Sequence record: OZ346219.1
Strand: one strand, 5' to 3'
Length of the DNA: 64,000 nt
Origin: a phage
Both the position numbers and the translations under genes were made by a program. The notes under the pieces are model-generated. The model saw only the letters and a program-made list of their open reading frames with translations. It was not told the origin of the DNA and did not search any database. Of the stretch, positions 54,362 to 62,832 are shown in pieces; the first letter of the stretch is position 1; the number at the start of each line of letters is the position of its first letter.

Positions 54362-55170
54362 TCTACGTTAGTTACATAAACTTCTTGTGTATCAGAAGAC
54401 TTGCCACCTGAACGATCTAGGCAATAGGTCTTATTCAACAGGACGCAGTTTAAATCATTCCGCTTGATAAAGTCAAGAAGATGATCATTTACCTTTCCCT
54501 TATGATGTGTGACATTACTTATACCAAACTGAAAACCACGCGCCATAATAGATTCTACCCACTGATAGAATTTAATCTCTTCCTCGTCACTCCAGAACTT
54601 ATTATATTCCGCAGAAGTGATAAGGTACGGCGGGTCCAAATAAACGAAATCACCTGGCAAGATCTCGATCTCGTCATAACGACCAGACGTAAAACTGATT
54701 CGACCGTCTTTGTTTTCTTCCTTAAAATTCAGGACACGCTCTACCGCGTTTTCGTTAAAAGTCCGGCGACCAAAATTAGCATTAAATTCGCCCTTCCTGT
54801 TATGACGGTTAATGTTGCTAAAACTGTGCTGAATCAGAACAAACAGAGATAGCGGATCTGGATTCTCATTATACTTCTTACGGAATGCCATGTAAGCATC
54901 TTTATCATCACGAGACAAACCATTTTCGGCAATAATCCTCTTGATCATAAAAACCGGATCAGGACACTCATCAATGACCTTGTAAGCGTCAATTAAGCGG
55001 TGATCATAGTCATTAGCCAGCACATCCCCTTCGACGTACAGAGACACGCTCAAGCCACCACAAAAGGCATCGACAAAGCGGTTATAGTGCTTAGGGAAAT
55101 ACTTACTAACACCAGGCAATAACTTTTCCTTATTGCCCGTATAGGGAATTAAACCTAATGCTTTCTTCAT
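54358..55170 (-). CDS. dam: DNA adenine methyltransferase (Dam-like, N6-A MTase)
   Basis: SAM-binding FVDAFCGGLS and catalytic YLDPPY motifs with Dam-like spacing. Confidence 0.8.
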   Translation of the reverse strand: MKKALGLIPYTGNKEKLLPGVSKYFPKHYNRFVDAFCGGLSVSLYVEGDVLANDYDHRLIDAYKVIDECPDPVFMIKRIIAENGLSRDDKDAYMAFRKKYNENPDPLSLFVLIQHSFSNINRHNRKGEFNANFGRRTFNENAVERVLNFKEENKDGRISFTSGRYDEIEILPGDFVYLDPPYLITSAEYNKFWSDEEEIKFYQWVESIMARGFQFGISNVTHHKGKVNDHLLDFIKRNDLNCVLLNKTYCLDRSGGKSSDTQEVYVTNVD

Positions 55171-55604
55171 TATCCCTTCCTCAAATAAGTTCTTTCAATT
55201 TCTACCAGTTCGAAAAATTCTTCCCAATCACACGGAAAATTGCAGTTTCCAAAATGGTCTTCATTGTAAAGTTCTTTACCGGATGGCAACTTAATATCTG
55301 TTACAGTATACCAACCGCAACAATCGCAATCACCCTCAGCAACAGAAACTTTCGTAGGAATTTGCATCATTGCAAGATACAAAGGCACGTCGGACTGTTC
55401 AAAGATCATGTAACCTTCATGGTCAAACGAAACAAAATTATCATCACCCAAAAAAGGGATATAGTGGTCATAGTCAGTAACAGGTTGACCGTGTAATTCC
55501 CATTCTACAATATTAATCTTACCGCTAAAAGTGATACCCATCATATCAACCATAAAATGGGTATCATCGATGTAAATCTTACTAGGAGTTGGATAAACCA
55601 TCAT
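55170..55604 (-). CDS. hypothetical protein (144 aa)
   Basis: Track ORF, hyperplastic region between dam and tk. Confidence 0.4.
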   Translation of the reverse strand: MMVYPTPSKIYIDDTHFMVDMMGITFSGKINIVEWELHGQPVTDYDHYIPFLGDDNFVSFDHEGYMIFEQSDVPLYLAMMQIPTKVSVAEGDCDCCGWYTVTDIKLPSGKELYNEDHFGNCNFPCDWEEFFELVEIERTYLRKG

Positions 55605-55611
55605 ATAATCC

Positions 55612-55908
55612 TCATATCTCAGAGAATAGAATCTCTGTTAATCGTACTGACTGCTCTCTGAATGTTAGCGTATACTCGAAAGGAAAGTCAACACCTAATT
55701 TCATAAGAGAATAGCCTACCGCCTCTTTATGCTTGTCTGTTAGGGCAATCCTAACCAATTCCCGTTGAATCTCTTTAGGCGGTGAATGGATAGTAACACG
55801 GGTATCATGTAATGTCCAGTCACCATTTCGAATTAAGATTAACGGTTTATCATCATTGAAGATCACCGACCCCTTTCCGGTCGGTGAGTGTTTTATACTA
55901 ATCATCAA
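55612..55908 (-). CDS. hypothetical protein (98 aa)
   Basis: Track ORF. Confidence 0.4.
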   Translation of the reverse strand: MMISIKHSPTGKGSVIFNDDKPLILIRNGDWTLHDTRVTIHSPPKEIQRELVRIALTDKHKEAVGYSLMKLGVDFPFEYTLTFREQSVRLTEILFSEI

Positions 55909-56119
55909 ATTCTAAGAAATATTCTGGAACGATATAACCGTTAAAGTCATTACACTTATAAAAATGTGGTGCATTTAATGCTGGATGAGCATTAGTAAAG
56001 AGTTTACCCTCTAGAAACAGAATGTAATTAATAGGTCTAATACCTACAGAATCAGGGTCTAAACCTTTTTCTTTCAGTTCAGCCAGCGTTAAAACTCGTC
56101 CAGATCGTAACTTAGCCAT
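55898..56119 (-). CDS. hypothetical protein (73 aa)
   Basis: Track ORF. Confidence 0.35.
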   Translation of the reverse strand: MAKLRSGRVLTLAELKEKGLDPDSVGIRPINYILFLEGKLFTNAHPALNAPHFYKCNDFNGYIVPEYFLEFDD

Positions 56120-56405
56120 GATTTACCCCTAATTCATCAAGATTATGTCGCAGCATTTCAGAGTATTTTTCTACTTCCTTGATCTTAGTGTGGATCTCCA
56201 CGATCTCATCTTCACTATCAGATAGTTTAATGGCAATAGCGAGCGTGCTTTTACCAGCTTTCATAGTCTCTTTCCGTTCAACCAATAGATCCGCGTGTTT
56301 CAATAGCAATTCTTCACGTCGAACATAAGCGACGGTCAAAGCCTCATCAGCGATTTCTAAAGCATTTTCAGCGACACCAACAACCATTTTACGAGTAGAC
56401 AGCAT
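56112..56405 (-). CDS. hypothetical protein (97 aa)
   Basis: Track ORF. Confidence 0.4.
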   Translation of the reverse strand: MLSTRKMVVGVAENALEIADEALTVAYVRREELLLKHADLLVERKETMKAGKSTLAIAIKLSDSEDEIVEIHTKIKEVEKYSEMLRHNLDELGVNHG

Positions 56406-56419
56406 AAATTCACCTCACA

Positions 56420-56683
56420 TTATTTCACGTTAACGCCGTTATCAATCCAGCCGACGCTATTTGGTTTAACAGTTTTACCATAGGATGCATACTTAATCAA
56501 GCATGGTTTAACATCATTATCAAATCTTCCTAAACGTACTCCCAAATCAGGAATATCCATGTATGCGGCTTTATATCCCCATGTGCCATATTCAGAATCA
56601 ATCTCAACCGGACGGCCTTTAAAAGCATACACTACACCGTGACGGTCAACGATAACATAGCAATAACCAGCCGGAAGATACAC
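56420..56683 (-). CDS. hypothetical protein (87 aa)
   Basis: Track ORF. Confidence 0.4.
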   Translation of the reverse strand: MYLPAGYCYVIVDRHGVVYAFKGRPVEIDSEYGTWGYKAAYMDIPDLGVRLGRFDNDVKPCLIKYASYGKTVKPNSVGWIDNGVNVK

Positions 56684-56798
56684 AGTTTAGCCGTAAACTT
56701 TAACTGGAGTAGCAGAAGAGATAAACATAATATAATCCTCACATCGTTCATTTGATGCGGTCATTATATGATAACCGCATTTTCATGTCAACAGTTTT

Positions 56799-57173
56799 TT
56801 AAAAATCTTCTTCCGGTTTATATCGACCGTCATCGACTGGTTTTGGACTGAATCCTTTATGCGTGCGCGGCTTCGCTTCCGGTTTACCAGCAATCATCAA
56901 ACCAAAACATTTCAGCCCCTTATAACACATAACAATATCAACCACGGTCCACGTTATAGGCCAGACGATTGCAGCAATACAAAATGCTCCTGTATCGACC
57001 TCTTTGGTGTCCTTGTCGAATCTGGCATACAAGCAGAATACTAGATACGAGATCATTGCACCAGTAATCCAGATATAAAGTACATTAACAATATCTTGTG
57101 TTGTCAAATTGTCCTCCTTACATGTCTTGCAGTGCATAAAAGCATTTTTCTTCGTAGTCATAGAAAATGTCAA
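56799..57173 (-). CDS. hypothetical membrane protein (124 aa; start uncertain)
   Basis: Hydrophobic helices (VLYIWITGAMISYLVFCLY; AFCIAAIVWPITWTVVDIVMCY). Confidence 0.4.
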   Translation of the reverse strand: MTFSMTTKKNAFMHCKTCKEDNLTTQDIVNVLYIWITGAMISYLVFCLYARFDKDTKEVDTGAFCIAAIVWPITWTVVDIVMCYKGLKCFGLMIAGKPEAKPRTHKGFSPKPVDDGRYKPEEDF

Positions 57174-57396
57174 AGTATGCTTTTTCTACATACTCGCCAT
57201 TGATCCAAGCGGCAGTAACAATCAGAGTGGTCCAGGTAGATCCGCTCTCAACGGTAAAGGTTTTAATACCCAGCTTCGCTGCCAAGTCGAACGCAAACCG
57301 GACGCAACCACGACAGGAAGTGATGTTGGAAGTTTTGATTTTAAAGCCACCGCGAGTTTTAGAAATTTCTACTTTAGCGAAAGACAGGTTGCTCAT
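57118..57396 (-). CDS. hypothetical protein (92 aa; start at MSNLSFAKV...)
   Basis: Promoter 57439-57467 and RBS AAGGAGA precede the ATG at 57396. Confidence 0.45.
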   Translation of the reverse strand: MSNLSFAKVEISKTRGGFKIKTSNITSCRGCVRFAFDLAAKLGIKTFTVESGSTWTTLIVTAAWINGEYVEKAYFDIFYDYEEKCFYALQDM

Positions 57397-57438
57397 TTTG
57401 ATTCTCCTTAAGAAAGTGTGTTTCGTTTTGATGTGTGT

Positions 57439-57467
57439 AGTATAGGGGATCACCGATCCCCTGTCAA
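57439..57467 (-). promoter_or_regulatory. early promoter TTGACA-17-TATACT with palindromic spacer GGGGATCGGTGATCCCC (two GATC)
   Basis: Minus strand: TTGACAggggatcggtgatccccTATACT. Confidence 0.55.
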
Positions 57468-57483
57468 CAACTTTTTTATGATT

Positions 57484-57741
57484 TTAGTGAATTAACTCTA
57501 CACCAAAATGAGGCACAGAGAACGCCTTACAAAACACATATTCATCATGTTTAGGAATCGCCCCTAACCGCTCTATTTCGCTCGCTAACACTATAAACTG
57601 TTTATCTGGTGCATATGCCTTGCGTGCTTCAACAACGCACGGAAAACGCGTTTTAGAGAGTTCTGGATAGTTTTCCGAATCCAGCAGGACAATGAATACC
57701 CTGTTACATTGATTGTAGAATCCTGTTTTTGATTTCATCAA
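57484..57741 (-). CDS. hypothetical protein (85 aa)
   Basis: Track ORF. Confidence 0.4.
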   Translation of the reverse strand: MMKSKTGFYNQCNRVFIVLLDSENYPELSKTRFPCVVEARKAYAPDKQFIVLASEIERLGAIPKHDEYVFCKAFSVPHFGVELIH

Positions 57742-58045
57742 GTTTTCCTCTCAGTACAATTCGTGAAATCTTCCCTTCATGATTTCGTTGGTTCTTGTCT
57801 TCACAGTTTACCCATTCAACAAGGTCTTTACCTAACTCGAAAGCCCATTCTCGGTCCTGCTTTACGTTTTGTAGGTATGGACTTTCTGACACTCTACGAA
57901 GTGATGTTGTCGTAACAAGAATGATCTCAGGAATGGTCGGATGTTCTTTTCCATATACAATAGGACGCGAGTCACTATCAATACCTTGTAAGAAGGTGTA
58001 TCCTGAATCACTTAGAATCATATACTTTTTCATTTCACACATCAC
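57704..58045 (-). CDS. hypothetical protein (113 aa)
   Basis: Track ORF. Confidence 0.4.
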   Translation of the reverse strand: MMCEMKKYMILSDSGYTFLQGIDSDSRPIVYGKEHPTIPEIILVTTTSLRRVSESPYLQNVKQDREWAFELGKDLVEWVNCEDKNQRNHEGKISRIVLRGKLDEIKNRILQSM

Positions 58046-58299
58046 AGTTTCCTCAACCAGTTATTAAAGCTAGCAAACCATGATGCTTTTCGTGCTTCTT
58101 TTACTTTATGTGCACGTAAACCACTGAAACACCATTCATAATCATCACTGAAACATGATTCAACAGGAACACCCGCATTTCGTAGTTCTCTGGTCTTTAT
58201 CATGAATCCTTGACATAATGGGCGACCTTCAACAATGATAGGAAGTTTAACTTTTTCCATGAAAGTATACCCAGCACGGTCAATAATTTCAATCTTCAT
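58042..58299 (-). CDS. hypothetical protein (85 aa), MKIEIID family paralog
   Basis: MKIEIIDRAGYTFMEKVKLPIIVEGR... is shared with 58318-58515 and, more distantly, 60632-60853. Confidence 0.45.
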   Translation of the reverse strand: MKIEIIDRAGYTFMEKVKLPIIVEGRPLCQGFMIKTRELRNAGVPVESCFSDDYEWCFSGLRAHKVKEARKASWFASFNNWLRKL

Positions 58300-58317
58300 A
58301 ATATAATCCTCAATTAG

Positions 58318-58515
58318 TTATACCGCCCAGGCTTCATTTGCACGAAAACACCATTCATATTCAGGAAAATAACCTTTAATTGGTACGCCAGCTTTTTGTA
58401 GTTCCTGCGTTTCTACAAGATAATCAAGCCCATAACGACGACCTTCCACGATGATAGGAAGTTTAACGCCATTCATGAAAGAAAATCCACCGTCATCAAT
58501 AATTTCAATTTTCAT
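58318..58515 (-). CDS. hypothetical protein (65 aa), MKIEIID family paralog
   Basis: MKIEIIDDGGFSFMNGVKLPIIVEGR...QELQKAGVP. Confidence 0.45.
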   Translation of the reverse strand: MKIEIIDDGGFSFMNGVKLPIIVEGRRYGLDYLVETQELQKAGVPIKGYFPEYEWCFRANEAWAV

Positions 58516-58759
58516 TTACATTGTCTCCATAGATCTTTCCAGCAATATCAATTTCACCAGCGCGAACATCTAGGATAAGATGCGGTAGGTGTATGCAGTT
58601 TTCCCACCCTACGCGCTTCATTTCTGAAACAGTGACGTAAGCCCATCCGTTCGCTGTAATAAAGTCTACTTCAACCTTGAGAGGAAAGCAAGACTTTTCT
58701 ATGTCTTCGAATCCGATAATGTGTTTTGTCGTTGAATATGGAATATATCCGGTGATCAT
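58505..58759 (-). CDS. hypothetical protein (84 aa)
   Basis: Track ORF. Confidence 0.4.
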   Translation of the reverse strand: MITGYIPYSTTKHIIGFEDIEKSCFPLKVEVDFITANGWAYVTVSEMKRVGWENCIHLPHLILDVRAGEIDIAGKIYGDNVNEN

Positions 58760-59217
58760 TTTGTGATCTCCTTATACTCAACACACCATAAGCGGGTAGC
58801 CCATGATAAACGCTCATAACGCTGGCAGAAATCGGACCATAGATATTGTGCACCGTTCGGCATAGTTGAAATATGCGTTTTCTCTCCAACTTTCACGAAA
58901 GAAGTATTCGATTTTGTGATCTCGACCGGAGTATATCCGAAAGCGGGTTCCAAGCCAACATCTGAACTAAATGCCAATTTAACAGAATTTGTTTTTCTGA
59001 CCGCTGTCCGGTTTCCTTCTGGGTATAGTACAGCAGGTTTAGCGCCTAAGCGGATAAACTCAGTGTTTTTAATAAACAGAATATCATGATAACCGTCATA
59101 TTCCGACACTTCCATAGTAACAGGAAAATCGACATGTGCTAAACCTGGTAGATCTCGCATATCATGAAAGGTCGCCATCAACTTTTTCATTCTATATTCC
59201 TCACTCTTCTGTTTCAT
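58756..59217 (-). CDS. hypothetical protein (153 aa)
   Basis: Track ORF. Confidence 0.4.
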   Translation of the reverse strand: MKQKSEEYRMKKLMATFHDMRDLPGLAHVDFPVTMEVSEYDGYHDILFIKNTEFIRLGAKPAVLYPEGNRTAVRKTNSVKLAFSSDVGLEPAFGYTPVEITKSNTSFVKVGEKTHISTMPNGAQYLWSDFCQRYERLSWATRLWCVEYKEITK

Positions 59218-59437
59218 TTCTTTTATATGGTACTATAACAGGATTAATACAGCAAGCACCAATTACGTTATGAGCACCACAATTTAAGCATTTATAATCA
59301 TGGAACTTATTAAGGAATCGCCCGAACTCATAACCGACTAGCGCCGCATGTACTTGAGTCTCGATCTCATCCATATCAGCCAATGTTTTAACCTTCATAA
59401 TATAATCCTCAAATTGTAGTTTTGCGAAGATGGTCAT
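59201..59437 (-). CDS. hypothetical protein (78 aa) with C-x-x-C pair
   Basis: Track ORF; contains CLNCGAHNVIGACC. Confidence 0.35.
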   Translation of the reverse strand: MTIFAKLQFEDYIMKVKTLADMDEIETQVHAALVGYEFGRFLNKFHDYKCLNCGAHNVIGACCINPVIVPYKRNETEE

Positions 59438-59699
59438 TACATGCTTTTAATGCATCGGTCGCGGTGTCATAGCGAGTATTATCATAGCACCAATAACCAT
59501 CTGTCAACTGATAAATTAATCCATCCTTTTTAGCTTCGATGAAAGATAACTCTTTGAAAGTTTCTACTTTCTTTGCTGATAATCCACGGTCACGGCGCTT
59601 ATAGAGTTTAGCCAAAATGCGTTCAGCTTGTTCCTCTTTATCACCAGACAGATCCCAGATGATGTTTCGGATATGCTTGATTAATTGTTCAGTGGTCAT
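59409..59699 (-). CDS. hypothetical protein (96 aa)
   Basis: Promoter 59729-59756 and RBS AAGGAGA upstream. Confidence 0.45.
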   Translation of the reverse strand: MTTEQLIKHIRNIIWDLSGDKEEQAERILAKLYKRRDRGLSAKKVETFKELSFIEAKKDGLIYQLTDGYWCYDNTRYDTATDALKACNDHLRKTTI

Positions 59700-59728
59700 C
59701 TTTGATTCTCCTTAGTTGGTATGCGTGC

Positions 59729-59756
59729 ATTATAGCATTGTGATTATCTTTGTCAA
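59729..59756 (-). promoter_or_regulatory. early promoter TTGACA-16-TATAAT
   Basis: Minus strand: TTGACAaagataatcacaatgcTATAAT. Confidence 0.55.
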
Positions 59757-59792
59757 CACCCAAAAACAAAAAAGGCTACCCCGAAGGATAGC
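59757..59792 (-). terminator. rho-independent terminator after the gp38-like gene (GGCTATCC-ttcg-GGGTAGCC plus U-run)
   Basis: Hairpin followed on the minus strand by TTTTTTGTTTTTGGG; same architecture as 50152-50189 and 62165-62200. Confidence 0.55.
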
Positions 59793-59800
59793 CCATAAAA

Positions 59801-60577
59801 TTACACGCGAGCACCGTAGATCGTGCCTACTTTATCCCAGCGAGGGGCATTACCAGTAACAGCTTTACCCGCAGCACCACCGTTATATTCTGTACCGTTC
59901 CCCTGAGTATTACATCTTCCTCCAGCAGCACCAACGTTACCGCCCGCACCACCTGTATATGCACTAAGAGACCCCTTACCAACAGATCCTTTACCCGGAG
60001 CGGAAATGGAGCCAGCGGTTGCACCAGAACCCATATTAGAGGAAGACCCGGCAGCACCGAATGGGCGACCACCGCCGCCACCAAATACTAGTCGACCCCT
60101 GTTACCGCCGCCACCGCCACCACCGCCGCCAGCGATAGCACCGTTATTTGTAATTCGTAGACGTGTACCGATAGCGTTATTGATTGCGTTTCCACCAGCA
60201 GCGCCAGCAGCGTTACTACCACCATTACCCCCACGTCCGTAGACAGTCACACCGGAGTTAATGATCAATGTTACATATTCGTTTGTTAACGAGCTAGGGA
60301 AGTCAAGACAAGGAACGCCAGTAGATTGGGAAACAATATTACCTGTGATAGTAATTACTACCGGAGTAGATCCTTGTGCTTTCATCCAGTTAATAAGAGT
60401 GTCTTTATTGTAAGAGTTACTAGCACCAATGCTATAATGAATCTCTTTAGAACGTCCGACCATTGCTGACATATACGCCGGACGACCTAAGCGAACAGCT
60501 TGCATTGCGGCGCTCATCCACCGTTGACCAGTCTCGGACACAGCAGATGATCCTACCCATCCAGAAGATATTGCCAT
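59801..60577 (-). CDS. glycine-rich protein resembling the T2/S16-type gp38 tail-fibre adhesin (258 aa)
   Basis: N-terminus SSGWVGSSAVSETGQRWMSAAMQAVRLG then repeated poly-Gly motifs (GRGGNGGSN, GGGGGGGGGNRG, FGGGGGRPFGAAG) separated by short variable segments; assignment from recalled family features only. Confidence 0.5.
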   Translation of the reverse strand: MAISSGWVGSSAVSETGQRWMSAAMQAVRLGRPAYMSAMVGRSKEIHYSIGASNSYNKDTLINWMKAQGSTPVVITITGNIVSQSTGVPCLDFPSSLTNEYVTLIINSGVTVYGRGGNGGSNAAGAAGGNAINNAIGTRLRITNNGAIAGGGGGGGGGNRGRLVFGGGGGRPFGAAGSSSNMGSGATAGSISAPGKGSVGKGSLSAYTGGAGGNVGAAGGRCNTQGNGTEYNGGAAGKAVTGNAPRWDKVGTIYGARV

Positions 60578-60581
60578 AAAA

Positions 60582-60613
60582 TTTCCTCACAAGAAAAGCC
60601 CCAATTAAGGGGC
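60582..60613 (-). terminator. stem-loop GCCCC-ttaatt-GGGGC plus U-run immediately upstream of the gp38-like ATG
   Basis: 5-bp GC stem followed on the minus strand by TTTTCTTG, RBS GAGGAAA and ATG. Confidence 0.4.
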
Positions 60614-60631
60614 ATTGATTGATAATATTAC

Positions 60632-60853
60632 TTAGATGACCTCTGCTTCACCATCCAGGAAGAAAGACCATGTTTTGTTAGGATAGCGAAGCGCCCATGA
60701 TTCAGCAGTTTTAACACCCGCTTCGAACAATTGACGGCTGGTTACTTTAGCCATACCATCTTCGATGGCAACGTTTTCAATAATCATCGGGTACTTAGCG
60801 CCACGCATGAAACCGAAACCAGCGGAAGATTTGATAATTTTAACAGTTGCCAT
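60632..60853 (-). CDS. hypothetical protein (73 aa), distant MKIEIID-family member
   Basis: MATVKIIKSSAGFGFMRGAKYPMIIENVAI...LFEAGV parallels the 58042/58318 paralogs; promoter and RBS upstream. Confidence 0.45.
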   Translation of the reverse strand: MATVKIIKSSAGFGFMRGAKYPMIIENVAIEDGMAKVTSRQLFEAGVKTAESWALRYPNKTWSFFLDGEAEVI

Positions 60854-60894
60854 TTTTGATTCTCCTAGAAAGTGTATCTCGTTTCGATGGGTGT

Positions 60895-60923
60895 ATTATG
60901 CAATAACACCGGATCGCTGTCAA
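60895..60923 (-). promoter_or_regulatory. early promoter TTGACA-17-CATAAT
   Basis: Minus strand: TTGACAgcgatccggtgttattgCATAAT. Confidence 0.5.
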
Positions 60924-60940
60924 CACTTTCTAAGAAATTT

Positions 60941-61225
60941 TTAAACTAATCGAATATAGCCCAGAATTTCAGCACTTTTAGCCAGATCTAAAACTTCCCA
61001 TTCAAGGTCTCCATAGTCATAATTTGCAACCATCAACTGACCATTTTTCATGCAGCAATCATGAGAGAAAATTTGCCCCGCATAAACTACGATAGTGATA
61101 AACTTTCCTGATTCTGGCGGTGTGGAAGACAAAGCGACCATATGACCATTCAGCTTAGTCACCAGTGATGGAACAATAAAATTCGGGCTTACCTTAATAC
61201 CGTTAAATTCGTTTGTGTCTTTCAT
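60941..61225 (-). CDS. hypothetical protein (94 aa)
   Basis: Track ORF. Confidence 0.4.
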   Translation of the reverse strand: MKDTNEFNGIKVSPNFIVPSLVTKLNGHMVALSSTPPESGKFITIVVYAGQIFSHDCCMKNGQLMVANYDYGDLEWEVLDLAKSAEILGYIRLV

Positions 61226-61572
61226 GCCAGACCTCGCAAAATACTAATAGCATAATCATGCTGGTTATTCATAATATCAATTGCATTGTGATAACGAGCT
61301 AAACCATCAAGGATAAATTCTTGTTTATCCTGTTTCAGTTTGGTATCACGCGCAGCCATAAGAGCATCAAGAACAGGTCCAAAGTGATTATCTAATTCAT
61401 CTTCGGTTGCAATATTTCCTATTGCCTCGTCGATCCGTGATTCTAATGCTTGCTTTTCGTTGATCACTTGCTGGGTATATTCCAACACATCAAGAATATC
61501 GCGGGTAACGTCGCCATGATAAGGTATTCCCGCATGAAGGTGATCAATTAGTCGTTGAATGTCAATGTTCAT
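61222..61572 (-). CDS. hypothetical protein (116 aa)
   Basis: Track ORF. Confidence 0.4.
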   Translation of the reverse strand: MNIDIQRLIDHLHAGIPYHGDVTRDILDVLEYTQQVINEKQALESRIDEAIGNIATEDELDNHFGPVLDALMAARDTKLKQDKQEFILDGLARYHNAIDIMNNQHDYAISILRGLA

Positions 61573-61907
61573 TTGTAACCCTCCTCTGAAAGCACATCCC
61601 AGATCGTTGAGTCAAGGTGCATTAAATTCCACATAATAGAGTCATAACTAACGAAGCCAGAAGTAAAAATTACATCACACTGGCGATAGGTCTTATGAAA
61701 ATCGGTGGCTGTCTCTGCATCAATAGGCATATCGTCACCGGAAAGCACCAGACATTTAAGAATCATAACTCTGTTAGCCGTTGGCGCTTGCTTAGTCTTT
61801 TCAGCATATTTTTCGATGATCCGTTTTGCCTTTTCTTCTTTGATACGTCCAGACCAAATCCGGTTTCGGTATTGATTCATAATAATTTCAATCACATCAT
61901 TTTGCAT
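61569..61907 (-). CDS. hypothetical protein (112 aa)
   Basis: Track ORF. Confidence 0.4.
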   Translation of the reverse strand: MQNDVIEIIMNQYRNRIWSGRIKEEKAKRIIEKYAEKTKQAPTANRVMILKCLVLSGDDMPIDAETATDFHKTYRQCDVIFTSGFVSYDSIMWNLMHLDSTIWDVLSEEGYK

Positions 61908-62106
61908 TCTTCACGGTCTCCATAATGGTTTTGTAAGCCAGTTTAAGATGATCACCGAAAAACTTTGCGGTGTTACCCTTCGGATCGCGGAGCATGGTTT
62001 CTACGATCTCATCGGCAGCAACAATTTCTCCTTTCTTTGCTGCATGTTCTACCATATACTTCAAAGTTTCTTCGGAAGCAAGTGCTGCGGCTACTGGATT
62101 AATCAT
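61897..62106 (-). CDS. hypothetical protein (69 aa)
   Basis: Promoter 62136-62164 and RBS AAGGAGA upstream. Confidence 0.4.
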   Translation of the reverse strand: MINPVAAALASEETLKYMVEHAAKKGEIVAADEIVETMLRDPKGNTAKFFGDHLKLAYKTIMETVKNAK

Positions 62107-62135
62107 TTTGATTCTCCTTTGTTGTCGATGTGTGC

Positions 62136-62164
62136 ATTATGATATACCCTATTCCGGTTGTCAA
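62136..62164 (-). promoter_or_regulatory. early promoter TTGACA-17-CATAAT
   Basis: Minus strand: TTGACAaccggaatagggtatatCATAAT. Confidence 0.5.
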
Positions 62165-62200
62165 CACCTAAAAACGAAAAAGCCACCCTTTCGGATGGCT
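62165..62200 (-). terminator. stem-loop AGCCATCC-gaaa-GGGTGGCT with U-run; near-duplicate of the nrdD terminator
   Basis: Close copy of the 50152-50189 element (aaaacgaaaaagcc...ccctttcgga...ggct). Confidence 0.55.
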
Positions 62201-62433
62201 TTTGATTATATTTTATTCACGTCCATTTGTATAGTAGTGTTTGAATCGACCTTTGCTAAACTAGTTAAACATAGTAACCAATTCACCATCCCTTTCCAAT
62301 GATAACCCTTCCTCGTCTTAGACGGGTCTTCCGATTCGGCAGTAATTGAACACGCGAAAGTATGAGGAAGCCAAATAGTTGTGTTAATGCTAGTATTCTT
62401 TTACTTCTGGTATGCATCCCACGGTGACTAACA

Positions 62434-62832
62434 TTAAGACAGTCGAGTGAGTTTATAAATTGTTTTAAAACATAGAGCTTTGATATCGTCTAAAACGCTC
62501 TGTAACGAGCTATCAACATCATTATAAATCTCACTAGCCATTTGCGTTAACTCTTGCAAATAGGCAATTTCGCTAATCTCCTTGCGGACGACCAACGTTG
62601 GCTGATAACGACCAGTGATCCCAATATTGGTTTCAGTGAAATCATCAACCAATTCTTGCATTTCAAGATAGAACTCTTCTAGAGCCTTATGTTTTGCATA
62701 AGATCCAGGACCAGTTACCCCAAAATGCGCAGAATGCATATAAGTAACACTCATCAGACATTCACCGATAAAGCGGTCAACTTTATTAGCTTTCCCCTCT
62801 TCGGACGTCTTTAGAAAATCAATGAATTTCAT
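62434..62832 (-). CDS. hypothetical protein (132 aa; positional equivalent of T4 rI.-1)
   Basis: Track ORF trimmed to the internal ATG (MKFIDF...) to avoid a long overlap with the rI-like gene. Confidence 0.4.
   Translation of the reverse strand: MKFIDFLKTSEEGKANKVDRFIGECLMSVTYMHSAHFGVTGPGSYAKHKALEEFYLEMQELVDDFTETNIGITGRYQPTLVVRKEISEIAYLQELTQMASEIYNDVDSSLQSVLDDIKALCFKTIYKLTRLS

Noticed and set aside
60006-60242. 78-aa proline-rich ORF on the + strand (…PPPPPPPPP…)
   Set aside because: Mirror image of the GGN glycine codons of the gp38-like gene on the other strand (antisense NCC = Pro); an artefact of the glycine-rich gene.
62221-62340. Possible tRNA in the 62.2 kb non-coding region (TTCGA-like segments)
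   Set aside because: No cloverleaf could be built by eye, and no conserved D-loop or acceptor stem with correctly placed T-loop; the T4 tRNA cluster is expected elsewhere (near gene e), outside this window.
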